Origin: Takakia lepidozioides
Taxonomy: Eukaryota; Plantae; Bryophyta
DNA: 64,000 nt
Direction of reading: 5' to 3'
Assembly (NCBI GenBank): GCA_030704615.1
Contig: CM060733.1
Span: 37,634,001 to 37,698,000 of the forward strand
In this document: in pieces, positions 37,401 to 49,919 of the stretch
Position numbering within the stretch: position 1 is the first letter of the stretch
Layout of the letters: every line of letters starts with the position of its first letter
Position numbers and translations under genes: made by a program
Notes under the pieces: generated by a model
Told to the model about the DNA's origin: nothing
Database searches by the model: none
Seen by the model: only the letters and a program-made list of their open reading frames with translations

Positions 37401-38925
37401 TCTCGGTGGCTGGGTAAGTGATAGTTGACTTGCCTCATGAGCAGCTTAGATATGCCACTAAGGTGGGTGCCAGTTTTGCACCTATGGCGTCGTATAAATG
37501 GATCATCCATGCCTACATCACTCATGGCCACACAACAGCAGGTTAGTGCAGGCGAGAAGAAAGTGGCAGTCCCCGTTCTCTTCCTTTCGTAATCCTGACT
37601 TCATTTTCAGTTGGCTGCCTATGAGGAGGCAAGCAAGCTGTAAGGCACAGCCCAGTCATTCGGTCAGGAAACAAACCAAGGCAGGTGCAAGACAAGATGG
37701 GCAGTTCTAAGGTAAGGGAAAGTACCAGAAAAATATGCAGGATACTAGACCAAAACACTACAATACAAGCTGGACTTTTCAACTCTGCATTTGACTCATT
37801 TTTGAGTCGTTTGCGACAATTTTACTCCCAGCCTCCATAGTCAAACATGCGTGACAAAGGTCAAGTCGTTTCAGTCAAGCAGTCGAATCCAGATGTCAGG
37901 TTCTGACAGTGAAATGTGACAGTAAAACCTAGGGGCGACGTGTAGGCAGCACAGTATGACGTGGATGCGACGTGGCTCTGACGTGGCTATGACGTGTAGT
38001 AAAGTGGTTTAACTGAATTATAGGGTGGATGCATGACGTGTAGTGAAGTGGTTCTACAGTCGTATGACGTGGATGAATGACGTGTAGTAACGTAGTTTAA
38101 CTGAAGTATGACGTGGACGTATGACGTGTAGTAAAGTGGCTTAACCTCAGTGTGAGGACATCAAGTTAAGTGGTTTAACTGAAGTATGACGTGTAGTAAA
38201 GTACGGGATGACATGTTTGAATTTAAGTGATTGTAATCTACTCAAACTACAAAAATTATTACTATTTTGCGTGGAAGACTACTGTATATAGTAAAGTGAA
38301 GTACTGTCGAGTAGCATGGTATATATCTTCTACTATACTATAACTGTATCAGTGGAACATAATGATTGTGTGCCATGATTTTTAATATACGGTTCGACTG
38401 TGAGACAGTGATAGTGAGTTCGCTTGACTGTGTATAATGTAGTATTTTACTGTGAAGCAGTAAAAGTGGACATATTTTAATAAATATATTTCACTCTGGG
38501 GTGTATACATAAATATTAAAACTATATATTAAATATATTTTGAAATTAAGGAGGCTTTTTGTTTAATATTTGTTTGTTTTTGTTTTTGTGGATTCTGTTA
38601 TTTTATTTATTTACTTTTTATTTTATATGTATATATGTGAATTAGTGGGTTTTGTATTTAAATTTTTTGATTCGTTGCACTGCATTGAAAAAATCTTACA
38701 AATACAACATAGAAGACAAATACATGGCAGGAACGCAGAACATTTGGATGGCTCAAAATTGGCTTATATCAAGAGTGTTTTGCAAAACAAGTTTTGGCCA
38801 CATCGAGCATGAGGGCCCATGTTGCCATATCCATAGATCACTGCCCAGCTAAGTCATTGAGTAAGGAAAATTTGCTTTTCAGCTAGGTCCAGCACTATCG
38901 TGGACATGTCAAGAGAACATCGGAA

Positions 38926-41036
38926 TCATTTCGTGAATGAATTCAGGAACTTGTAGTTCCACAGAACGGTGGTGCCTACCATGTCACCCAAAGTGACCTC
39001 ACTATCAGAAGCCTCGGTGTTGCAAGAAGGTATAAGGTGCGTTGGCTCAATAGCATTTTCAACTTGAACACTATAGTACCCATCTGGCAACGAGCCCACT
39101 TTGCCATAAACCCCAACAATCTTGCCCCAACCAACAACCAGACCTGCTTTCTTAAAGCTGCGCAAATAGACCTTGTATCCTTTCTTAAACTGCATGCCAA
39201 CACACCAGCAGTTCAATATCAACAGTTTAGACTTCAAATCAAAGCAAAGATGAAATGAACAGTCTAGTCTCCGCAATACGTACTTGCAATAAAACCACAA
39301 TGTTCGAAAACTGTAAACATCCAGGAGAGATCAAATTACCGCTGCGGGTGGGGCACTCTCAGCCCAAGCAGCACTGGCATGTCCTCGAGTTGCAGGCCGG
39401 TTGTTGTTGGCCGTGCATCACACAGTTCCTTGCATTGTAAGTCAGACCACTGCCCCCAAAAAAATACGTACCCATGAGTAAGACAGCATGGAACAAAGCG
39501 CAAAAATGCTACCGTTAATATCAACCCCCTTTGTAGCCACCAAGGCTCTCAGTGCTGCAACCATCCAGCCTAATGTCATCAGTTGTCATCACCTGCCATG
39601 AGCTCCAGCAAAGGCAACCAACATACCTTTCCGTTGTTTCAAACCAACATTAAGAGAGGAATGCGTTGAGGTAATAAATTGATGGATAGGAAGAAATATT
39701 ACCTCTTGTTCTGAATGGTGTACTTTGCCAGGTGAGGAATGTTTGCTCTCCATACTGTGGGTGCCCTCTGGAGTGGGGACATCTTCACCACCATCAGACG
39801 GCAGTTGCTGGGCTCTGCCATCTATTTTCCTCTTTGCCCCCCCCCCCCCCCACCCTTACCCTTTCCTCCTTGACAACTCTCCCCTTGTGCAAGATGACCT
39901 TCCAAAGCAGTTGCAGATGAGGAAAGGTTCAGAGTCTGCCCTGCTTTCAACTTCACCAAGACCCCGCCTCTTCTTTTACCTTTTTCCTTAGCTCCTTCCT
40001 TCACCCTCTTGTTGCTGTTCATCTCTGCAACCTTTTCCTTACATTGTGAACTAGAATCTTTGGATTTGCTAGGATCATCAGACGCTGTATGTGTCCCACC
40101 AGGCATTGCGCGTGCCACTTCACTTTCCCCAGAGCATTTTGTAAGGGCTTCTCCCGTTTCCTTGCCTCCTCCATTCATCCCTTGCTACTCTCCAGCTGTA
40201 CAACCTCTACTTCATGTTCTGAACCACACTCCTTGGACTCGAGCGGAATTATTTTTGCGTTGGGTGGCTCGGTAAGGCCTCCAGCGGGTGATCCCCCCCC
40301 CTTCTTCTGCATCTTTAAATGCAGATCCTAGACTCTTCCTAGCAATAGTTGAGGCAGGGGGTAATTTACCGGTGTCTGTAGGAATTTCTTGCCCACGGGG
40401 AGACGACGCTTTAAGAACCATGGCAGCATCACTCATTGCTTTGAGCACCAACACCATCATGTCCTTAACCTCTCGTCGACTCTCAACTATCTCTGCTGAC
40501 ATGTCATTCAGCCGTGAATCCACTCCACTTCTCCAACTGGTGATACCCTCCAGCTGCTGTGACAGCGCACTCCCGGACCCCTGCAGACATCCCAACGTCA
40601 TCAGCAATAGAACCTGCATGTTGTCGCGGCCCTTTGCCTGAGGGCAGGGGATCGGGACACATGAGGGGCTGCCCCTGTGGTGGGGGCAGTGGCAGCGATA
40701 GGTATGGGGGGCTGAAGCACCCTTGAGTGCCCAAGGCACTGAAGGAGGCGGAGGCGCTCACTAGATAGAGCCCCGCACACCGGGTTGCGGTGGGGGTGGC
40801 TCCACAAGGGGTGGTGGTAGCTTAGTGGGACTTAGTGGGGGTGGCTCCACAAGGGGTGGTGGTAGCTTAGTGGGACTTAGTGGGGGTGACATATGACTCA
40901 CCATGGGGGCGGAGACCTCGTGGTGGGAGTCGTGGGGAGTCTTGGGACTCAGCACGGTCCATAGGGGCCGTGGTGAGTGGGCCAAGACTCACCGCGACTC
41001 ATCACGGGAGTCGAGGTTTTCGTGGTGGTTCGCCAT
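38926..41036 (-). pseudogene. CACTA accessory gene with Pro-rich N-terminal region and Tnp1/En/Spm-like C-terminal domain
   Basis: Last exon KVYLRSF...VVGWGKIV...LPDGYYSVQVENAIEP...VTLGDMVGTTVLW fits the Tnp1-type motif. There is a 45-bp tandem repeat encoding PPLSPTKLPPPLVEP, a TATA-like CCCTATATATA at about 41083-41093, and an ATG at 41036. Confidence 0.55.
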
Positions 41037-41899
41037 AAAATGGCATGGCTGGTTATGAAACCCCCGCGGACAGCTACAGAAGTATATATAGGGAGTAGTA
41101 ACCCCGAGAACGGTGCAAGCCCGTTGGTGACCAAAAACTAGTGAGTAAACGAACGAACCGAAAAACGACCAAAGAGTGGGGAGCTATTCCGGACTGCCAT
41201 CTACCAAAGGGAATTCTCCTAGTCCCAAATAGGTGGAGGGTTTAGAGGGAAACGAAGGGAGACCGTTATGTCCCAGTGAGCAGCCGAAGCTCCAAGTTGG
41301 CCCGGGCGGCCAGGTTGGGAGTCAGGCGCACGCATCAAAGCGAGTAACTATGACTTGAAGGGGAGCTTACCGAATTGAGGTGCGCGACACATGTGGTTTG
41401 CCCAAGAAAAATAGAAAGGTAGAGACAGAGGGAAAAACAAAACACATGAAGAGACTTCCACAGGTTCCCAAGGGCTCAGGTTGCACAGTACAACAACAGG
41501 GACCACATGTCAAAGAGGCACCAAAAACCAGGCAAAGCCGACATTGTATCTTTGACAATTATTCAGCAAGGGCCACGAATGATGGTCAGCAGCCATGGCC
41601 ACCAATGAAGAGACGTGTACAAATGAATGCAACTGCATTCGAGTATGTAAAATAACCAACCTTGCCACGACCCTATAAATAAACTCTTAACCCCTTGTTT
41701 CCATGACTTCCAACCTCCCAGCACTCAAACATCGACGAGAACAAGAACAGCTGCTACTCTGGGTGATGCGCCATTCATGATGAAGCCAAAACTAAATCCA
41801 CACGTTTCCCCCCCTTCAGCTGCAGCTCGTGTTGAATAACGACAACAATAGGATACCTATTCAGCTCCTGGTCAATCATTACAAGCAGCAACAACAAAT

Positions 41900-44800
41900 A
41901 AATATCAAAACGACACAAACAGCTACTATACCTAATGGAAACCCATCTTTAAAGAACCAAAAGAAAGCGTACGGATTAATTTCCCCTACTTCAGTTCATG
42001 GTTAATTGCTGCAGAGGTCTGAGCCTTTTCACCAAGTGTATAGCAGCGTCCACAAAATCATTGACCTAACGTGGAGATGCTACAAGTTAGTGACTGACAA
42101 AATACCCAAAGACATGTACTAGACATCAGGGGCAGGTTGCAGCAGTTACACCCCAATGAACATCATCACCAGATACCTCAAACAGCTGCTAGCTCCGTGT
42201 TTAATTACCATATCTCCAGCACCAACATTCCAAATGGTACCTTCCTCCCCACAGTCTTCAATCACATCATCTCCATCCAGCCTCCTTCATCTCCACTCTC
42301 TCTCCTCTATATTCCCCAAGCCACTATCAGGAAAAAATAAAAGATGCTCCAAGCATGAAGCCCCAAACCTTGAGTTATAAGTTAGATAATCTTACCCTTG
42401 CACTTCGAGTCTCCGAGTATCATTTGGGAGTTGTCAACGCTGCAGTTAAGGCCTGAATGGATGGGCTTCCTTCGCTTTCTTTCCCCTGTGTACAGCCACA
42501 ACAAGACCCATTAGGTGAACGCAGACATTGAAGTGGCAAAATTACAAATTGCATCAACCCATGCAATATGCATATAAGTCATCTTACCAATTTGGCTGTT
42601 GTCCCTGCAATTCCAGCCCGTCCAACGTGGCTTCCCTTTTTTACTGCAGCACGAGATGCAGCCCTGTCTTCGGCCTCCTCCTGCCCCTCTTTTGATGACC
42701 ACCATCCCACCAAGCTCTTCTACGCATGTGGAGGACAATCATCGGGCCTGGGATTGTGTGCATTCCACTCTCTCTTCCAGCGAGATCTCTCACTCTTCAT
42801 GAAATTCATTATGTAAGTATGAACTGCGTTTGCCTTCAGAGGAAATGGTGCATACCGGAACTCAATTTGCATCTCCTTGACAATGAAATTTATCTTATCC
42901 TCATTCTGGTATTTTATTCCCCTGGCCCCAAAGTCAAGACAGCGTATCACGTGGCCTTTTATCTTTGTTTGCCATTTCGACTTCCCCTTCGCAATGTCAC
43001 CTATCTTAGTAGTAGTAATTGTGTAGACAGGCTGACCTTCTGAGGCACTGCGCTTCCACTGCTCCTGCAAGTCCTTATTGTCTTTCCTTGCTTCCCGTCG
43101 AAGCTCTGCCCTCCGCGCCTTTGTTGCTCCACCGCTGGCTGTACATCCTTTGCCGCTGCTTCGCCCTTGACAACGGCATCACCTACAGGTCCAGCACCCC
43201 CATCCTCCCACAAGCCCCCAATTTGGGTGGGCAGCTTGCCCCATTGCACCACCATGTTGGCTCTGTTGTTGTTGGTAAGGAAACAGCAACACAGGAGGCT
43301 GGTTGTTGCTCCCAAAGTTGTGAAAGCCAGGCTGGTTTCCAAACTGCACCGGAGCACCCTTTCCAGGGGGCTGTTGTGAGGGTGGCAAGTTCGAGTATGG
43401 GTTCAAGTAACCGGCATGGGGGGGGGGGGGGGGGCGCGCTGGTTGAAATTACCTGTCTGTGGGCTTTGGGGACTCTGTATGTACTGAGGCTGTTGGTTGT
43501 AATTGCCTCCTGATGCAGGCTGCTGGAAAGATGATGATGATACAGGGTACATCTGCCCGACAGTCCCATACAACCAGCCTTGGCCACCAGGAGAGATTGG
43601 GGCTGCAGGGATGGTAGGGGTCTTTGAACTAGAGCCCTTCTGTCGTTTTGCACGATCCTACAAGATCACAAAGTCTGTGTTAGTAAAACTTATGTAGCTC
43701 AAAAGTATTAAGGGCATTGTTGTCATTCACTTCCTACATGCATATCGAACACTTGAAGGACTCGTAACTGTGGAGGTTAAAGGCTGACCCAAAACTCCTT
43801 GAAGTCTGTGGGCGTGAAATGCCATATGTCACAGGCTGAGACTTCTGTCGAACTTGGGGTTTCAGTGTCGCAATCTGCAACTCTAATCTTCTTTTCCTGC
43901 ATTTCTCATCCTGAAGTAACATACATTTTGGCAATCACTACAAGACATAACCCTCGTCCCTCTCGTTCAGGACAACACTGACTAGGTAACCAAGAATTTG
44001 GGCATGAAACAAATGAATGCAAATGATAAGGACACAAGAAACAGAGTGGGAGAGAGAGCAAAAACTAGCATCGGTTTTATCGTGGCATCTTGGTGGAAAA
44101 CGCATTCACCCGTTTCAGGGATGGGGGTTCTGCCTCTGCGCTTGATTCCTCCGAGTCGTCGGCCTCATCTGCTTGGAACAATCTATCCGCCTCACTATCG
44201 AAACTCTTCTCCGAATCGTCAGACTCCACCACAGGACGTCGGTCGTTGCCTCCCATGGCACTCTCTTGCATCCGAGCACTCCGCCTCTGAAGAGCAGGGT
44301 CACGCGGCGGCTCAGCAGGGAGTTGGGGAAGGCCCAGCTTTTGCCTCACTCTACACAACACCTTCCGCAACGTCAGTCCCACACAACCTGCACGCTCATC
44401 CCTAGAAAACAATGTGCCTGCAGCCTTTGGCCCTTCGCTACAAGGCGGGGGAATGTTTAAAAAAAAAACTAGGGCAACGCTGCTCCCCTCCACTAATACT
44501 TTGCCCGTTAGTTTTATCCTAGTCATAGTGAAACTTTCAACTTCAATTTTACTGTAGATTCTACTTCGTACTTGCAGCTGAAGAGGCCTTGGCAGGACTG
44601 ACGCCCCATGAACGAAGACTCTTAAAAAACACAAAAGCAAGAGGAGAAAGCATAAAGATTTGACCTTCTTACGTTGAAGAAGAAGACTACCTGCATAAAG
44701 GAAGGCGAAGCGAAAGAATGTAATAAGGGTTTAAGGTGAAAGAGATACTCCCGATCTGTGTCCTCGATAAGACCGAGCTCCTTCATGCGCTCTGCGTTTC

Positions 44801-45000
44801 GGATAAGATTCCGCTTCCGCATGCGTTCATACTCAGTCAGGCCCTCCTCCTCCTGCGCGAGTGACGGGCCACCTTCCCCAACTGCATTGGAGTGTTTGTC
44901 CATTCTGCTACTGCTAATGAACTTTGTTGTGGTGGAGGGAGGCTTCATGTCAGTCAACGATAATGGCGGGGCGGATTGCCTAAGAAACCAGGTGAAGTGC
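41900..45000 (-). pseudogene. CACTA TnpA-like (Ptta/En/Spm) multi-exon gene remnant
   Basis: KSKWQTKIKGHVIRCLDF...FMKSERSRWKREW...RPDDCPPHA*...WWSSKEGQEEAEDRAASRAAVKKGSHVGRAG. Acidic and Gln/Gly-rich upstream exons (LTEYERMRKRNLIRNAERMKELGL). Confidence 0.7.
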
Positions 45001-45483
45001 TTGTTGCAAGCAGCGACCAAGCTCTCCAATAACATTCGTCGTAAAGAGAAAAACACGAATGGGCGGGAAAGACGTAGGGCCGATACACATAGGCATTTCA
45101 GGACCTGGCAACCTACGAAGGTGGACGAGTCAGGCACGTTTTTGTGGGTCTTAGTGGAGGTTTCCCGAAGTTTCCAGAGCAGGTAGCATTACTCCCTCCT
45201 TGTCTTCCTCCTGTTCTGCCCTCACAATTGATTGAGCTGGGACATTTGTTTCCAATTGGAGTGTCACATTACTACAGAGTTTGCCGATTTGGGCAGCGGT
45301 TCATAAGAAAAATACAGAGGTATGAAGATTATGACAAAAGCATCATACTGGCTTAGCTCCGTTTAGCTTGAAGACAAGTTCAAATGTATCTCCATTATCT
45401 GTAGGTGTGCAAAATTTATTTGCCTTCTTGTGTGTGGCTTTATGAGAGCAGTTGTTTTGTTGTCTTACAAGTGTGGTATTGTG

Positions 45484-45635
45484 TTGTTCATGGTGGGCTT
45501 ATACAGTCAAGTGGTGTTGCCTTGTATTGTCTTGTTGATGGTGGGCTCATATTCTCAAGTGGGTGTGCCTGGGATGCCATGGGCGACAAGAACGATGATT
45601 GCTACATAGTCAATGCTGCTATCTATGTGGGTTAC
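45484..45635 (+). pseudogene. Captured C-terminal fragment of a Lin0512-family plant gene
   Basis: VDGGLIFSSG...MGDKNDDCYIVNAAIYVGY matches, from memory, the C-terminus of plant Lin0512-family proteins. It is preceded by a duplicated VVHGGLIQSSGV. Confidence 0.65.
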
Positions 45636-46727
45636 TCATTTTTGGCATCGTCATAGTGACAATTGCATGGTGAGTTTTGTCTTCCCTGAGGCTGCCCAAC
45701 CTTTCTTCTTCTTCCCTGTATATCTCTTCTCTATCACCCTTGGTCTCTTGATTGTGAATAGTAGCTACAGTGGTGACTGAGTATTTATGTTACTGCAACG
45801 ATTTGGATTAAACTCAACCACTTAGTGGTTTTCTGGATTAAGAATTTGTGGTATCAGGCAGGGGCTTGATGGGTTTGTTTTTTCAAATATGGCAGAATGT
45901 TGATAAGGACCTGACAACACCTTAAGGAAAATTCAGACAGACCTGCTTACTGGTATTTGTTTTCCGTTGCTTGCTACTATGGCAGTGTATTCATAAGGCT
46001 ATGGAGTAATATTCTTTTATCTGGTTCAAGCTATTGAAATTCCAAACAGATATTTCTTTGACCTGGTATAAGGTTCGTAATTGGTAAGCTTGTTGCTTCA
46101 AACATAGTAGAGAGGTGTTGATAGGGATTTGGGACAACATTTTACCGCATGGTTTTGCTTGTTGGAAAATCAAATAGCTCTGTTTTTGTTTTGTTTCATC
46201 TAAAGTGGTTGTAAGCAGGTTCTGGAACAATACTTCCAGACCCACATTATGCTCCATGGAATGAGAATCATGTCTGAATGTGTGGTGATGAAATCTCTTT
46301 ACAGCAAAACAAGGTTATTTCATGATGAATGCCTTACTTTTCCCACCCTCTCACCCAAACATTTCAGGTACCCTAAAATCTACAACGAAGAATCAAATCA
46401 GGTGTTGTGAAGGGAAGAAGATGTTAAATAGAACCTTTGTAAGGTTGCTTTGTCTCTTAATGACAATGACTTTGTAAAGTCTTGTCTTGACATGACAATG
46501 AGTAGGTTATTGTCTTTGGTCCATGACGTTTAATTCAGCAGTTGGGGATGGAGAGAGGGGTGCTCTCGAGAATCATGCATACTTGATGCTGCTCATATTG
46601 CAGTAAATCCATTGAGGTTGTTATATGCTGGCCCAGCCAAAAGTTTATACTCAGTGCATCTGTTCGTTTGTGTTCATTGTAAGTTGCTCATCAAGCACGG
46701 GTGTTCGTGGTGTTGGTGCTTTTGCAG

Positions 46728-46895
46728 GGCTGGGGTTTGTGACATCATTTGTGTTTTTCTTCTTGGTGGGAGTGTTTGTGTCATCATGGATCAAAGCCCC
46801 AGTGCTACTTGTTGGGGAGTGGTTTATTAAGCGGATATCACTGGTGAAACACATATACTTTGCCTCTAAGCAGATCAATGCTGCCATGTCCCCAG
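46728..46895 (+). pseudogene. LCV: Captured single exon of a COV1/LCV (DUF502) gene
   Basis: GLGFVTSFVFFFLVGVFVSSWIKAPVLLVGEWFIKRISLVKHIYFASKQINAAMSP, bounded by tttgcag and gtgat. No other COV1 exons are visible nearby. Confidence 0.85.
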
Positions 46896-47432
46896 GTGAT
46901 TATCCTCAACAATCCTTGTTTTTATTACTGCAGCCTTTTCCTTCTCTTGTGTTTGGCCTTTACCACCTTCCTGCTCGGGACAATTGCTATGAGATAGCTG
47001 GCAGGGAAAGCTGATAATGTCAGCTGATAGCTGATAGCAGTGACCTGATAGCTGATAGTTCGCGCCTTGGGTGGGTTGTCAGGTGGAGTAGGCAGCAGCA
47101 GTGGCTGACGCACTCACAAGCGGCCAATGCTTCTTTGACATAGGTGACCCTGCTTCATCCTCTTGTCACATCGCTCCTTACATTTGAATGTATAATTATG
47201 ATGTAGCAGATATGAGTACATATGAGCAGATTCTCATATGTTGCAGATTGCTACGACTGATGTGTTGCCATGAAACATCTATGGCACGGGGGGGTTTATA
47301 CATTAGCTGTCAGGTTGCTGCTGCATTAACCAAAGGGATGTCAGTTCACAACCCTAATTATTTCACCTATAAATTGGGCCTTGGCTTTATTGTAACATAT
47401 GGTGGTGGATGATGTCATGGTAGGCCCAAATT

Positions 47433-48625
47433 ATGGCAGGACAAGCACCAAGGAGGGAAAGCATTTCTGACCCTAGGAGGATACGCAAGCGACATGAAAA
47501 GTTGTTGCAACGAGAGGAGCGTCGTGCCAATGCGTTGGGACGCAGAATGGTTCGTTGTTCGTGCAGAGTTTGCCATGGGGGGGTTAAGAGATTGAGGTGG
47601 GTGGTCCAAAGACACCTTGCAGTTGAAGGTAGGGACCCCAGACTAAGGGTAAAGCACCCAAGTGATGAAGGGAACTCTTCAGATGAAGACTGGAATGCTG
47701 CCTACTTTGGGCAGCATTGCAACACCCCACAACTGGATAATGACATGCAAATGGATGGGATGAGGATGTTGAGTGAGGCATTCCGCCTCGGAGACGAGGC
47801 TGCCGAACTTGCTCGATCTAACATGAGACTGGAAGGTAGGCCAGCGCCTGAAGGAGCCATAGAGGGGGGGGGGGGGAGGGGAAGGAAGTTAGGATGGGGT
47901 ACCAATTCATGATGGTCAACAAGGTGACTCTTCCTCAGAGGAGGATTCAGATGGATGGCAAGAGGACGATGCCCCCAACATTGACCCTAACTATCTTAAG
48001 TTCTAGGATGCGCTAAAGACACCATTGTATGTTGGGAGCACCATAGATCGTTTGTCTGCCACCTTGGTTTTGTTGAATGCATGCCGGACACACCGTGTGT
48101 CATCAGCATTCACAAATGAGCTGCTATGTATCCTGAAAAGATCAATTCTCCCGCCCCCCCCCCCCGACAACACATTGCCATCAACAGATTACGAAGCCTC
48201 AACCATGATACGAAAGCTCGGGCTTAGTTACAATGTGATTCATGCATGTCCAAAGGGATGTGTCCTTTTCCGTGGTGTACACCGTGACAGGACACATTGC
48301 CCCAAGTGCAACGAGCCCCGGTTTGTGGATGTGGGTAGGAAGGCTCTCCCTATGAAGGTATTGCGTCACCTCCCTTTAATACCAAGACTGAAGAGGATGT
48401 ACAGTTGTAAAACCATCGCTGAACTGATGACATGGCATTCAAGGAATGCAAGCACTGATGGACTTGTACGCCATGCAGTTGACAGTAAGCAATGGAAATC
48501 CATTGACAACCTATTTCCAGACTTTGCAAGCCAGACACGGAATGTTCGGTTGGGCTTGACATTGGATGGATTGAATCCCTTCTCTGACAAGAGGTCAACT
48601 TGGTCTACATGGCCGGTGGTACTTC
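47433..48625 (+). mobile_element. CACTA TnpD N-terminal half (transposase-associated Cys motif plus start of Transposase_21), truncated by a nested CACTA
   Basis: MVRCSCRVCHGG; IHACPKGCVLFRG...CPKCNEPRF...KVLRHLPLIPRLKRMY...RHAVDSKQWK...RNVRLGLTLDGLNPF...STWPVVL. Confidence 0.93.
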
Positions 48626-49200
48626 CACTACAAGAGATGAGCGTTTTTAGGACTATGGCTTTGGCGGAGTCATAAAAACTGCACTAGGTAGATGACTACA
48701 GAGCGTTGAAATGCGTTGCAGTCATAGTTTTATCACTACATGACGCCGGATATCACTACATGACTCCGGAAAGTTAGGAAGCTTTGGTCAAACATTGTTG
48801 ACCACAATGACAGGGATGGTTTATATGACTAGTGTGATATGTTTGACTACACGTGGACGACGTTTCATGGAATGTTATGACTCCATGACTGGAGATGGTT
48901 TCACAGCTCTAATTATACGACTACATCGCTACACGTGTCATTTCGAAGGAAAATACACGAATGTATTCATCCATTGGACGAGTTCATCCACAGCATGACA
49001 TGGCATGTAAACTTATGACTGTTTGACTGCAGATTGATTCATGACTCTATATATATGACTACATCACTACACATGGCATTTTAAAGGCATTTATATGACT
49101 TTATTAGTACACGTGTCATTTTGAAGACATATATATGAATGGATCCATCCATTGGATGAGCTCATCCATCCATGTTTGCCGAAATCCTATCAGCTTAGTA
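48626..49200. mobile_element. Nested CACTA terminus with subterminal repeats
   Basis: CACTACAAGAGA at 48626 interrupts the transposase and is followed by many ATGACT/AGTCAT repeats. Confidence 0.8.
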
Positions 49201-49329
49201 CATGTGTTAGTTTCCTATTGGTTTGATATAGCTCAAGCATTTTATAGTTACCGTAGAGCACTAAGTCGCATTCTTCATTGAGTCTGTAAAGTGAGAGTCT
49301 GCAGAGGATGCCATTTGGAATGTGGAGTT

Positions 49330-49520
49330 TGCAGAGAGGGAATGTGCGACAATATGGCTGAACGACAGGTCGTGTCTTCAAATGCGATGATTGCAGGATA
49401 GCATGGAGATCATATCATAGGCGAGAACTGCATCTACTTGAAGAAATTTGGAACGTTACCTTCATGGACATGTATGGAAGCATCGACGATGCGAATTCGA
49501 AGGGAGAGTTCGATAGGATT
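49330..49520 (+). pseudogene. Short PPR motif fragments
   Basis: DNMAERQVVSSNAMIAG* and FMDMYGSIDDA...GEFDRI. Confidence 0.6.
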
Positions 49521-49919
49521 TACAAAGGTTATCTGGTGTCAGATTGGTAAGTTATAATCAAAACGTTTAAATATCTACTGCCAAGTCTACATCTCTTCCA
49601 TTAGCAGTTATAACCAATCACCATCATGAAGCTACAGGCCCGATGCAAAATCCCAATCGGAACCTGCATCTTCCTCCATTTTTTTGTCCTTATTTCGCTG
49701 TCAAACCCTTCATTCTATGTGGAAGGTTCCAAAGGGAACTTCACATTTCCCCTCATGATCTTGATTTTGGGAATTCTTTTCGAATGCAATGCTGTTAGGA
49801 TATGGGTAGCATTGTCGTCATCATAGGTTGGCCGGTCAAATAATGGAAGATATTACAAAGGAAAGGTTGAAGCTGGCCGCCAGTATATGTGTTCTCTCTG
49901 CGAATTGCCAACTGGCTTC

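Larger units (their letters stand above)
37756..45150 (-). mobile_element. Large CACTA element (3' terminus at 37756; other end not found)
   Basis: TIR CACTACAATACAAG at 37756, subterminal GACT/GACGTG repeats to about 38210, and internal minus-strand Tnp1-like and Ptta/TnpA-like genes. Confidence 0.88.
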
